Shown here piece after piece: positions 21,629 through 33,690 of a DNA stretch of 34,629 nucleotides. The DNA comes from Catajapyx aquilonaris (taxonomy: Eukaryota): contig KZ539064.1 of assembly GCA_000934665.2 (NCBI GenBank), positions 1-34,629 of the forward strand. Direction: 5' to 3'. The translations under genes were made by a program, and so were the position numbers. Positions within the stretch are counted from its first letter, which is position 1; each line of letters opens with the position of its first letter. The notes beneath the pieces were generated by a model. That model made no database searches, was not told the origin of the DNA, and worked only from the letters and a program-made list of their open reading frames with translations.

Positions 21629-23149
21629 CACGGAGTAGTAAGATGGAGGGGAAACCTGCCTCATCAGCCGCCTCCGTGGCCGCCTGGCATTTTTTGTGTC
21701 CGGGGCTTAGCAGTTCGCCGGAAGGCCGCCAGTTGTCGCGACGGTCGCTATTGCTCTAGGGTCTGGGAATTTGCGCGTGATTTGAATGGCGAAGCACTGA
21801 CTGAACCGCTGATTTTGGTGATTTAACGGAAATGGCTCGTCCTGAGTTGGACACTTTCGATGTGGATGACAACAGTAGTTATGCGAGCATATTGCCCTGC
21901 CGGTCAAGTAGTGGTGACATTACGCACGGAGCATTACACTACTTGTCAAAACTTAAGCACCACTCCCAAGGAGTGGGTTTTAAATTTCTCAAGTTTAAAC
22001 TTACAGTGCAAATTGAAAGTGTGCGGTACCGTTGAAAGCGTCGTGAATAACTCTACAAAGCAAAAAAGGAACGGTCACCCTAGGTTCAACAGAGGCGCAG
22101 ATATTGCCTATTTTGTTTAAAAAACATTCTCGAACACCTACATTTTCAACTATGAATATTAATAAATAAAGGTAATCATCACGAATTGATGCTTTATAAT
22201 TTTTATTTATGGAAAGAAGCAAACGCCGAACACAAAAAAAATTGCCACAAAAATTTTAAAAACTCATCACGCGAACTGTAATTGTTCAAAATTTTCGGCA
22301 CCGTGCATATATGAAGAAATGCCGAAAATTAAAAAATTACAGTTCGAGTGATGACTTTCTAAAATTATTGTGGCAATTTTTTGTGTTCGGCGTTTGCTTC
22401 TTGCCATTAAAAAAATTATAAAGCACCATTTCGTGACGATTACCTTTATTTATTAATATTCATAGTTGAAAATGTAGGTGTTCGAGAATGTTTTTTTAAT
22501 TTATAATTTTTAATTTTAAGTTTTTAAAATTTTTGAGACAATTTTTTTGTGTTCGGCGTTTGCTTCTTGCCATAAATAAAAATTATAAAGCATCAATTCG
22601 TGACGATTACCTTTATTTATTAATATTCATAGTTGAAATTGTAGGTGTTCGAGAATGTTTTTTAAACAAAATAGGCAATATCTGCGCCTCTGTTGAACCT
22701 AGGGTGACCGTTCCTTTTTTGCTTTGTAGAGTTATTCCCGACGCTTTCAACGGTACCGCACACTTTCAATTTTCACTGTAAGTTTAAACTTGAGAAATTT
22801 AAAACCCACTCCTTGGGAGTGGTGCTTAAGTTTTGACAAGTAGTGTAATGCTCCGTGCGTAATGTCACCACTACTTGACCGGCAGGGCAATATGCTCGCA
22901 TAACTACTGTTGTCATCCACATCGAAAGTGTCCAACTCAGGACGAGCCATTTCCGTTAAATCACCAAAATCAGCGGTTCAGTCAGTGCTTCGCCATTCAA
23001 ATCACGCGCAAATTCCCAGACCCTAGAGCAATAGCGACCGTCGCGACAACTGGCGGCCTTCCGGCGAACTGCTAAGCCCCGGACACAAAAAATGCCAGGA
23101 AGCTGGCGTTCGGCTTACGGAGCTTTCCCCTCCATCTTACTACTCCGTG
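21629..23149. mobile_element. Foldback-type non-autonomous DNA transposon with 7-bp TSD (P/Galileo-like signature)
   Basis: Perfect 26-bp terminal IR CACGGAGTAGTAAGATGGAGGGGAAA (21629-21654 and 23124-23149). TSD CCCGCTC at 21622-21628 and 23150-23156. Internal arms ~21683-22262 and ~22520-23099 are near-identical inverted copies. Confidence 0.9.
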
Positions 23150-23195
23150 CCCGCTCCCTACTTGTCTTGTGCCTTGATCCTTGACCGAGATCTCG

Positions 23196-23207
23196 TCCTC
23201 GTCGCCA
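23196..23207 (-). promoter_or_regulatory. Primer-binding site complementary to the tRNA-Ser(GCU) 3' end
   Basis: Minus strand reads TGGCGACGAGGA, 3 nt downstream of the LTR terminal CA. Confidence 0.85.
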
Positions 23208-23210
23208 GTA

Positions 23211-23837
23211 TGTCGTATATGTGATCCGGGGTGGTCACAGATCCGGGCAGGAACGTATAGGGGGAGAGAGCAAGCAAATCAACGTCTGTACACATCGCTG
23301 GCTTTCACAAGACTGCCTTTTATTTCCTACTCCCGCCAGGAGGCAGGAGTGTACGGGTCAGTACACAGGGGAGAGCAGGGTTAGAAATAATAATATGGGG
23401 TAGTGCTTTCACCCCCAACTGGGGGTATGTCACACGTTCCTTTATTTTTCTAATTATTTTTTTTACAGTAGCTGGTGCAGGGACAAGGTAAGGATAGGAA
23501 GGGGGGACACTGGTGCATGTGCAATCTCTCATGTTGGGGGTCGTGTGCAGTCCCCCAGGGGGGTCCGTTCGCCATAGATGACCCCCCTAGATGCGGGTCA
23601 GAAACCCCCTACTGACCCGCATCTCCTCCAGGACAGGGAAAGGAGGGAAGCGGCTGTGGCCTATATTACGGTACGATCCCGGAAATTATTCCTGGAGCGA
23701 CCTTGGGAAACCACAGAAAACCAAGGTCAGGATCGCCGGCCTCCGGGATTCGAACCCAGGACCTCCCGATTAGCAGTCGGACACCATATCCACTACACCA
23801 CCACTACTGCTTCGGTAGCAGGGTTAGAAATATGACA
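23211..23837 (-). repeat. 5' LTR (~184 bp after removing the SINE and one TSD copy)
   Basis: TG...CA ends with imperfect inverted termini TGTCGTATAT and AAATATGACA. Adjacent to the PBS. Contains AATAAA on the minus strand (~23319-23324). Confidence 0.8.
23390..23816 (-). mobile_element. tRNA-derived SINE inserted in the LTR
   Basis: 16-bp TSD AGCAGGGTTAGAAATA (23374-23389 and 23817-23832). A box TGGTGTAGTGG and B box GGTTCGAATCC on the minus strand. Short (ATT)n tail. Internal hairpin at ~23589-23624. Confidence 0.9.
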
Positions 23838-24372
23838 GTATGGTTCACATCGGGTGCCGATGCGTTCTAGGTAGCCTTCGGAGGGTCCGAAGACACGAAT
23901 TGCTGCATTGTTGCAGCTTATCTATTGTTGATGAGCGATACTTGTCAGTGCTGTTGGTCTCGAGGGTTGGAATGTGGGCCGCTCGAGGTCCGTGCACGAC
24001 CGTATAGCCAGCGCGATTGGCGCTGCCCGTTTTATTGTTGGGGGATGATTGTCAATTTTCATCCTGATTGTTGCCAGAAAAATCCCTTGTGGGTATACCT
24101 ACGTGTATGTAGAAGGTGGTGCTTACTCTTGAGCTTGGGCTACCGCAAGGTTGGTATAGGAGAGGTGTCAATGGGCTGTACGCCGGCCGGTTTTGGACTC
24201 TTCGAAGTGCCACCCATGAGGCCTGGAGGACAGAACTTACCCCCGAAAGGGCCCAAAAAAAGCTCCGGCTTGTACCATCAACTTATATCCCCTTCCACTA
24301 TATGGACCACTCGATTTTATTCAAACAAACGGCAACTTTGCTCATACTGTACTTGGGATTCTATTGGCTATT

Positions 24373-26621
24373 CTATTGGCTTGAAACAATCGTTCTGGCT
24401 ATTTTCCGTGCGGCGCCGTTGACCAGGATCCTGACCAATGAGAAGCGCATCAGGAACAGCTGGACGGACTTGAGGACGAGGAGCATCGTCTTGCTCCAGA
24501 AGCTGACTCGTTTCTCGACGTGTGAAGGAGGGTCCCTGTCGAGTATTAGCCAGATGGTGTACAGAAGGCCTGTGTCTGCTGGAATCAGGTAGGCAGCTAA
24601 CGGTGCTGCGATGATGCCCAGGGCCTTGTAGTGCATCCTCAGAACGTACTCGTCCTCCTTCGACATCTCTCTCAACGACGGCATGATGAACGTAGCGGAA
24701 TAGTGTCGCAAGTGCTCTCTGAACTGAAAGTATCTCGTAAGGCGGATGTTTGTCCACCACTTTTGGAATCGTGTTTCATTTTCGTCTCTCATATACCTCG
24801 TCCAGTCCTTTGGAGCAAGGGTTGAACCTGTCCTGGACACCCAGGTAGTAGGACAGGACCCTCCAGGTGTGGAGGAAGTCTTCCAGGTCTTCCCTGGAAG
24901 CTCCGTGGATGCCCATCTTCTCCGGATGCAACATGATGCCAATCAGAAGGGTCGTAACCGCGGACATGGCGTCGAACTGGCTCATGAACATCTGGTCTGG
25001 CGGGGAAGAGAATTCCGGGACACCCGGTACTCTTCGGGTGTCTTCCCTGATGGCCTCCCACAGGACACACTCCCCGTACACTCCAGGCTCGGACGATACC
25101 TGACAAATAAAATGAGAGGTGAAAGTTGCTGGAATGTTGCACAGCAGGATGGGTACCGGTAATAATAGTTACATCCCGCACAGTTTTTTAATAATGGGAA
25201 AATTTGTTCACATGTGTATGTATATGTCCCACCTACCTAAGGGGCCGTTTTCTCGAACAGTGGTTCAAATGTAAACCCGGTTTAAACCCTTGACAACAGC
25301 CTAACAACAATCAAATCAGGGATTAAACTGGCTTTGAACCCGGTTTACATTTGAACCACTGTTCGAGAAAACGGCCCTAAATCACTTTCAGGCTACTGAG
25401 AGCCCTGAAACTTGGCGCTGATGGCTTGTGCCGCTGACTCTGGGATCATTCTGAAAGCCGCACTTTTTCCAGTCTAAATAGTCTACCCAACGTTAATGAT
25501 TTCTTTACGTAACGTAGTCAGAGTGGTTATATATTTACGTTCGTTCAAATTTCATGGAGTTTAGCACAGAGTAGCACATTTTTTTGAAAGCCTTATATCA
25601 GGAGTATGAAAATCGATGTTTGCATCACTGTTTGCTCAAATGGCAGCATGGCCGCCATTTTGAATTTCAAAAAGGCCGCCATAAAATGTGACGTTTTGGA
25701 TATCTGGACTTGTAATTGACATGGAAAGGCCATTTCAAAGGTTGTTTCTATAATTAAGTACCCTACGAATGCACTGGTGGCATTATTGAACCTGTGATCT
25801 TGATATACACTATACAGGGTGTACAGCCCGGGGTCCCCCCTTCTTCTCGTGCGGAGTTGGGTCGTCTCTGGCTTCGTCTCGGGGGAGTTCACAAATTATG
25901 TACTGTACCATCTTGGAAACTTTGCACTGCACATTGCACATCCCCTCCTGTCATCCTGCAATGAATGGGCACCAAAATAATACGTGGGGGGGNNNNNNNN
26001 NNGGGGGGGGGGGGTGTCGGTCGCAGGTTACTTGACTATCATCGAGAGCTCTTGGCCTCTAGCTATCATTGGCCCAGCATTTAGGGACTGCCTGCTGGGG
26101 AAACAAGTTGGACACCGACCCTGCACCTTGAATTCTTGTATTAGCTTTCTTTTAATTGTCTGATGTACTGTACAGGTTACCTTGGGTAGTCCAGCCCACG
26201 TCTTCTCCGGATCCTTGTTGGCAATCCGACCGACCCTTGCGTGCATCTTTTGAACGGTGACCATGCTCTTGTAGGCCTCGTCCTCCGGGTCCCAGAGGTC
26301 ACCTTTGAACCACGGTGCGATGTACCTGTAAGTGTCCAGGATGCGTTGGTAGCACCTGGACACGCTCTCGAACTTTCTCGTCACGTAGAGTGTTTTAATG
26401 ACTGGCTTGATGCTAAAGGAAATTGATGACCCCAGGAAAAAGGCGAGCGACATCTGGGCGAAATACTTCCAGTAGAGGGCCTGTCCCCTCCTGAACCTGT
26501 CCTTGTCCACCCAGGAAGGAGGAGGGTCGTCCATCGAAGGGGCGTCCAGGGCAGGGGTGGTCATGGCCTCCGTCCAGTGGTGGACCAGGCTCTCAGGCAC
26601 CTCCTCTTGACGATCCTTCAT
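24373..26621 (-). CDS. MpaB/rubber-oxygenase (Lcp)-like catalytic domain protein, DUF2236 family (exons 26621-26181, 25099-24797, 24723-24373; 364 aa)
   Basis: Motifs PSWVDKDRFRRGQ, R..DT, SMVTVQKMH, MSQFD, EDLEDFLHTWRVLSYYLGVQDRFNPC, and a hydrophobic C-terminus. GT-AG phase-0 introns of 1081 and 73 bp give an uninterrupted frame. An acceptor 6 nt upstream of the ATG implies a further 5' exon. Confidence 0.85.
25241..25377. mobile_element. PIF/Harbinger (Tourist-like) MITE in an intron
   Basis: ~36-bp perfect TIR gggccgttttctcgaacagtggttcaaatgtaaacc, flanked by TAA on both sides. Confidence 0.88.
25993..26002. other. Assembly gap (10 N) within a poly-G run
   Basis: N characters flanked by G homopolymer. 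Confidence 0.99.
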
Positions 26622-29354
26622 CTTCAACTGACATCACCACTCGGTATAACGATCTAAAAAGACTGCCTCGCCTTTTTACTGAAAATATTATAGGTAACTT
26701 ATACTGACGTTTTTGACGGCTTTCTGTCAAGTACGCGTATTTTTTAAAAAAAGAGAAGCGGTTACCCTTAAGGGTAATTGGATTACATCGGCTTGCATGC
26801 AGCATGTTTGAAAGTGACTAATAGGGACAACTGTGCTTGGTGAGTTGGCTCACCAAGGTCACCCAGTGACCACGTTGAATCGGGAAAGACGCACAATTTT
26901 GGTACATTTCGCCTATTGTAGACAAACTGTCATTAGAATAATAAATTACTATCGGATTTTTAAATCCTGGCCCCTGCATGTGTTCGACTCTAAATAACTC
27001 CCAGGCATTTAAAAAAAAAACCTTATACATCGTCAGAGAGCGTGTTTAAATATACGTAACAGAAATTATTACACGATGAAGATAGGTAAACAACGGGAAT
27101 ATTATGCGAGTTCATTGTGCCGCAATAATTTTTTATCGTAAGAAGAACACGGACATGTGTCATTTTTTGAGTAGATGCCGACGTCACGCCGCAAATTGAA
27201 TTTTTTTAAATCCCACTTCTCGGAGGCCAAAACATTCCCCCTGTGAACCCCGGCGGATAGTGCAAATCTTTCTCTATCTAATTGAAACTTAAATTAGAAA
27301 TCCCCATTTGTGTAATCATTTAGGTTAATAATTGCACACCTCTGTTATCGCGGCCGTTTCTCATCAGAATTACTTGGCGAATGTATCAGAAATGTGCGTG
27401 ATAAAAATTAAACCGTGCTCTTATTACAATAAAAATGTTGAAAGTATTGCTTTAGTAAGTTTAACAGACAAGTATACCCAGCAGGTTGTATACATCTGGT
27501 CGGATCTTGCATTTCCCATCCTGAACAATGCATCAGAGCCATATACTTGTGTAATTAGACTGCGTACCGGTACAATTTCAAAGGAACTAATGTCACCATA
27601 TTTGCAACCTGCATGCCATTGTTAATCTGCTCATCGGCATTCCTCCTGTTCTTCCGGTAACTTGATTTTGTCTGTCGCTTTTTTTAAATCCATTCTTGCC
27701 AGTGCAGCTCTTTTCTCGAAGGCGAGCTCCGCCGATAGAGATTTCTTATTTTCTCTGTCCCTAATTCCTGATGTCCCGACAGAGATAGTTGATGGGCCAT
27801 CAGCTGCAACCTGGCCCTGAAACGCACAAACCCAAGTTGGCACCAAGCTGGGTTGTCGTGTCAACGATAAATAAATAAATAGTAATAAGCCTTGTTCCCC
27901 GAAACGGTTTCCGCGGGTTGCCGTTGACAACGGCTTTGTTTGTTTATCCTGCTGGATTGTTGACTCCTGTTCTACAACCATCAGAGCCAGCCAGTCTCCA
28001 GGAGAAGGTGGTCAGGCGAGGACGTGTTCTGATGGTTCGTCGTCTGTCCGCTCCTCCTGATGGACGGAGGACTGGCCAGTTCAGTGTCCATCAGGTTTGA
28101 TGGGGCAGCCTATATGATAGGGACGTGACCTCTTGGCTGCCCCAAGGTGTATTAATCTATGCGGTAATTATTCCAGATAACAACAATGATTCGAATCGGT
28201 GGGTGAGGTGATGGTTGCCATGGTCGCCGACTGTTGATTATTATAGAACTATAATACACTCCTCTGCAATGTGCAAGGCGAAGAAGGCCTTGATTAATAT
28301 TCTTAATGTGTCCTCGATCATAATAATTAGGTTTCATCTGCTGATGGCATGTAGGATGAGTGGTCTGAAGGCGGATCCCCCACGTATATAATGGCCAGAG
28401 CATATAATAATAATAATTAATTTGTCATAATTATAATGCTACATAATGCCCGAATATATATGGCGCTTAATGATCACGGAAAGCGTCTTCCAGCCTGACC
28501 TTGCAAGTTTGGAGGTCATTGTACAGTATAGTACAAAGAGGCTGTATACATTATTTACACATAATTATATTCTGGTTATTGCATAGAGTGTTATGTATTG
28601 TGTCAAGTTCATGTCGGAATGTCCTGTTCGTTCTTATAATGGCCGTGTCATTGTGTCTCTTCACGGAGACATTCTTTTGCTGGTATTTCTGGTAATGTAA
28701 GTCGCACCTGACGTATTAGCATTGTCGTGGCAACAAGTTCGGAACATTGTTTTGTTGACTCGAAGTAAATGATGCCATAAAAAAAACTCCAACTTATTGA
28801 ACCCGAACACAACGTGACAATGGGTCCGTGCAGCTCGGAGTCCGAATCAATTATTGTGACCATTATCCTCTGCAGTAAACTGCTCTTCATCGCAGTCATC
28901 AGTGTCAACCTTTAGGATCACTTTCAGGTCATACAGTAGCCTGCTATATACTTGCGGAGTATTATCGTGTCATACGACCAGCATCAGGTCATCTGGAATA
29001 TTGGGATTATTGTCTACTGCTGTACCATGCTGTACAGTACATGTGTTGTGGCTTGTCAGTTATTCAGGATGGACTATAATTATATAATGATGATTCTTCC
29101 TGTCTTATATATATCCGGGTGAAAGTTGTTTGTATAGGACTCTGTCTGTCGTTGTCACATCGGAGGACATGCATCATGGTCAAGCACGTCCCTCGTCCTT
29201 ATATACCAAAACTTTGCTTCTGCCGGAAGGAGAATCCATTTGTGGGATTATCTGATGCGTCATATTTTCTGGATTCATGCCCAGAATGTGCTTCCTCTCT
29301 TTCATTCAAACATTGCAGCTAATACACATATTAGACATGGTATACGCGTACATA

Positions 29355-29785
29355 CAGGGTGTACCTGAACTCAGTGCCCCGACGTATATGACTGCCTTCC
29401 TAGCCACCAGAGGATCGATTTAAGTATAGGAATCATTATGTCTGGGCAGCCTCATTACTGAGATACACTCTTTAGCGATTTTTGCCTAATCGCTCCTTCT
29501 GACTTTTAAATAGAATTTTCTGGTGTAACTAGCCAAAGAGGCCTTACCACCTGTGGGCAACAAACCAACAAAGTCCGGCCCCCAGACCTTCCAGAGCCTT
29601 CTGACTGGGGGAGGGTTCGATGGGTGGCCTAACCGACAGGATAATTATTTTGTACTATACATGTTTGCGGCCAATTATCTCCGTAATGCGGCGGCCAAAC
29701 ATAATGATTCCTATACTTAAATCGATCCTCTGGTGGCTAGGAAGGCAGTCATATACGTCGGGGCACTGAGTTCAGATACACCCTG
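29355..29785. mobile_element. Tc1/mariner-type MITE
   Basis: TA TSD. CAGGGTGT...ACACCCTG termini. ~87-bp near-perfect inverted repeats, extending imperfectly to ~110 bp. Confidence 0.92.
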
Positions 29786-30657
29786 TATACTTATAATATT
29801 ATGGTGCTGTGTTTGTCCAATTTCAATCATTGAGAACATGGTGTGGTGCATCTCGGTTGCATTTTGTAATTATTTATTGTTTATATTGTCATAATATGGT
29901 CGGATGATGTCCATTTCTGTAGTGTGAAACAACTTCAGTGAACTAATATCTTATTGCGGCATCATGTCGCCATAATAATAATATATTTTTTTTGTTGCTA
30001 ATGAATGATCAAATAATGTGCATTTCTTTTTGAAGCCTTTTCGCACGACCTCGGCCAGCATCTCATTCTGCGACTGTTTTCATCACAGAAGAGCAGTACA
30101 TAGGCTGATCTACGATAATGCAGGTGGAGAAAATGTTTGCGACAAAAATAAGGAATCAGGTCGAAGGTCGCCCTCCCGAAGCCCTGCTTGAGATCCAGAC
30201 AAACCGAAACCCCACTCTTCCAGCTGCTGGGTGGTTCCTGATGTATAGACGTGATGGGCAATGGACAGTTATTCAGTAATCATGATTATGATTGTACTGT
30301 GTGCGTGTAACTGATGGGAATGCATGATCCATTCCATTGTATGGTGTGACTATATAGCATTTAGCTAGTATTAAGTTATAGGGGCCGGGACAATCAGTAC
30401 AACAATCAGCACTGAAGGAACGTGTAGTAAGTTATAATTCGTGAAAGTGCTGGGTCACAAAGCTCGGAGGAGTCGAGTCTATTACCGTTATGACCACCAC
30501 CCTCTCTACAATATAACTGATGTTCTTCAATGTCCGGATCACTGTCAGGTCATATATTATACTGGCGGCTACTGTCGATGTCGTGTCGTTAAGACAGCCG
30601 TGAATTTTGCCTTATTGTCTACTGCATGGGCCTTCCTCAGTTCAAGATGATGGAGTG

Positions 30658-30659
<2 letters not shown>

Positions 30660-30744
<85 letters not shown>
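30660..30744. repeat. (TAA)n microsatellite
   Basis: Perfect run of about 28 units. Confidence 0.97.
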
Positions 30745-31379
30745 TTAATCTGTGATGATTCAAGAGAGTGGGTTGCCAAATGACATTATTCGAGCATTGT
30801 ACTTGTGCTGCTGTGGTATTAGTATTGTTGTGAGATCCGAGTGAGTACGGAATAACACTGCTGGGAAGTGAGAGGATCTTTAGTAAGGTTCCAGGCTTTG
30901 GACATACTCATTATGGACTGATGTTGCTCTGGTTGCCTGTGATCCGAATATAGTTCATGAGTTATTGGCCTCGTCCGTCGTCGTCGTCGCCCCCCTTCAG
31001 ATTGATTTATTCCGACATTCGTCGTCGTCTGTCTTATTTCTGTTCCCACCTGACTGATCGGCACCATCAGCCTCTCTGTATAACATGCATGAAAAATGTA
31101 TTGCGTCAGTCAGCGACAAAATAACGTCGTCATGCTGCGCCTATATACGAGCATGTCAGTAGGTATTAAGGGAGATCTAAGGGCACCTGCCAGTCGTTTG
31201 GTACTCGACATTATTTTCTCGTCTGCCAAAAACGAAAAAGGACATGGCACCACTCTTTCGTGGAGTTTTTTCATGGCCAACCGTGCAAGGCATACTGTGT
31301 ATGTACACATCGGTGTAGATAAACTTGTTGGGAAACCGTGTTGAATTTCCTGCGTGATGAAAATGTTGTCATGTCGCTT

Positions 31380-31380
<1 letters not shown>

Positions 31381-31458
<78 letters not shown>
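31381..31458. repeat. (TAT)n microsatellite
   Basis: Perfect run of about 26 units. Confidence 0.97.
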
Positions 31459-31459
<1 letters not shown>

Positions 31460-31714
31460 GTGCCGCATAGGCAGAGTGTGCTGAGTCACAGCAGGCCCGT
31501 TGTCCCATATATCAATCATATTATTTTAGGCTGGGTCATTGTACCACCGAGGACGCAACAACAGCAATGCTGCAACAAACTCCTGTCGACATCATTCTCT
31601 CTATTATATACGTCTTCTGCTCTTCAATAAGCAACATATAAGAGGGAACAACATCCAACACACACTTCGTGGCTCGTCGTCATTCTTACTCATAATTGGA
31701 GATTATTGGTGCTC

Positions 31715-31759
<45 letters not shown>
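31715..31759. repeat. (ATG)n microsatellite
   Basis: Perfect run of about 15 units. Confidence 0.97.
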
Positions 31760-31760
<1 letters not shown>

Positions 31761-32339
31761 GTACTGTTGTAGTAATATCTGTATATGTAAAAAGAGTAGT
31801 CTTCTTCCCCGTTACTTTTCCTTGGGCCACAGTGGCGTCGCTCGTCGCTTCAATAATGACTGGTATGAATGATGAGGGAATATATAGTATATACCCGTCT
31901 CTCTGTGGTGATGAACACACTGGACTTGTCGCTGGTCCATCTCCCACGGTCCTTCAAGCACTGAGGTGATGCTGTGCGTGTTCCAGACTGAGGCGATGCT
32001 GATGATGCAGTGCACATCAGCAATCCGAAGTCGAGTATGTGGCCCTTTATATATAGATCCGCGTCGTTGGCCTTCCTCAGCAGGCGACCACTGTGCACAT
32101 GAAAATAACAGAACAACTTTTTGAAGTATATATATCCTGTTGATGTCATGTGAATGCACTGAGCCATTGCTCGCATGATATGTATGCGACATAATCAAAT
32201 TCCTGCAGCCTGTGACCCGTGACTCGTCCTACTTAGGGGTGTAAAAAGTGTAAAGGCAATTATTATGTGCAACAAATGCGTGCATGCCAGACATTCCTGC
32301 TGATGCAATGTATACTGCATAATTTATGAAAATATAATT

Positions 32340-32615
32340 ACATTGAGGGTCATTTTGGATAGAGGCCATGTTCATCATTTGAGACCTTCTACTACATAGT
32401 AAAATATGAATTTGGGAATGCGCAGTGCTGCAGGTTGTTACTGGATCTGTCTATACTTATCTGTTATTGATTACCACTGTTTTGAGAATATTAATTGAAG
32501 GTCATTTTATGTAGAGATCATAATTATGTTCGTCATTCGTGACCTTCTACATATGGTAGGTGGATTAGGGAATTTTTTTAACGCTGCAGGTTATTGCTGA
32601 GCTATCTATTTATAC
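32340..32615. repeat. Diverged ~150-bp tandem duplication
   Basis: attga.ggtcatttt..tagag....atgttc.tcatt..gaccttcta...gggaat...gctgcaggtt.tt.ctg..ct.tctat occurs at ~32342 and again at ~32494. Confidence 0.7.
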
Positions 32616-33429
32616 ACATTTAATTATGTTTGCACAGTTTTATTAGTCACGTTTTCCATCAGTCTGTTCTATTAAGATTTATGTGAAGGTATTTTTAATG
32701 GCATTCAAAATTTAATCACATGAATCGCAGGTAAACCATAATTAAAATACCACCTGGGGTCACAAAAGACCCCATGATGCTATAGTTACGTCGCTCAGAG
32801 CCTCAGATCCATGATATACTAGCCTACGTCAGTGTTAATCTGGAATCAATCTTTCCTTCTGAAAAGCCAGCCTGCATGTATGGTTAAACCGGTCATACAA
32901 GTTCCACATGATTGTGTTCAAAAAAATCTTCGATAAAGAGATCTCTATCTCTATAAATAAGGAAGTTTGTCAGTTTGTCAGTTTGGATGTTTGTCCCTTA
33001 TATAAATCCGGGGGAAGGCCCATACACCGCCTTAAATTAGCATATCGGGAGTTACATTTTTCAAGGAATTTAATGCCGCATGTTTCAGCTTCCGAAAATG
33101 AACCTAACACCCATAACACGCACATTCCCAATTAACCAATTATCAATTACCTGTTTAACAATATTCATAGATTTCCATGGTAATGCCCTCATTACGTTCG
33201 TAGTCGTGTAACATTGTTCTTGATCCGAAAGTTTATGTTATAGAGATCATAGTTTCAGGCTGGTACGGTCCATCACTCTGTTTGTGATTAAATTTTCTAA
33301 AGCACAGCAGAGTGTCATAATTATTTTTCATTAACATAGTGTTAGTGGCAAAATATGAGCGAAAATAGTTATTAAACAATGCAGCATCAACTCCGGGATA
33401 AATGATGTATTATGTTTCGCATTATAAAC

Positions 33430-33690
33430 GAAGCAAGGTAGCAATTTGCAATCATCCTCTGTCTGTCCGTCTGTGGACAGGTATCAGTGCCTCAACCGCA
33501 AAAATAGCGACAAACAGTTTTTAGATTCGGATAAAAAGCGTGGCCTAAATAGACGGTGTCATGGTCACCTTCCGGTTTTCCGGGTTTTACTCCATCCGTA
33601 CAAACTTGGCACGACACGCATGTATGATGGTGTATGATGGGCACAACAAAATACTAGAATTTGGTCAAAATCGGAGGAGGTCGTGGCAAA
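33430..33690 (+). mobile_element. Possible DINE-1/Helentron-associated-like non-autonomous repeat fragment
   Basis: A gtctgtccgtctgt tract followed by aaacttggcac and tttggtcaaaatcgg motifs typical of such elements. Termini not resolved. Confidence 0.35.

Larger units (their letters stand above)
17499..23837 (-). mobile_element. Ty3/gypsy LTR retrotransposon, Mag-like clade, 3'-truncated
   Basis: Order is LTR, PBS, gag (two CCHC), PR, RT, RNase H, integrase. No PPT or 3' LTR is visible. Confidence 0.95.

Noticed and set aside
21707..23075. Pairs of identical ORFs on opposite strands (MARPELDTF..., MTGRAICSH...)
   Set aside because: By-product of the foldback element's inverted arms; no recognisable domain.
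21629..23149. Inverted LTRs of a DIRS-like element
   Set aside because: The host element has a DDE integrase, a normal LTR and a PBS. The inverted repeat has its own TSD and is a secondary insertion.
23735..23816. Possible tRNA-Ser gene
   Set aside because: The acceptor stem does not pair and the long variable arm is missing. It is the head of a TSD-flanked SINE.
25811..26175. Second TACAGGGTGT Tc1-like MITE start
   Set aside because: No matching right TIR is visible and the region spans the assembly gap.
27665..27700. MDLKKATD resembling polymerase motif A (RT or narna-like RdRp)
   Set aside because: No downstream motif B or C, and the frame ends shortly after. The match is too short to support.
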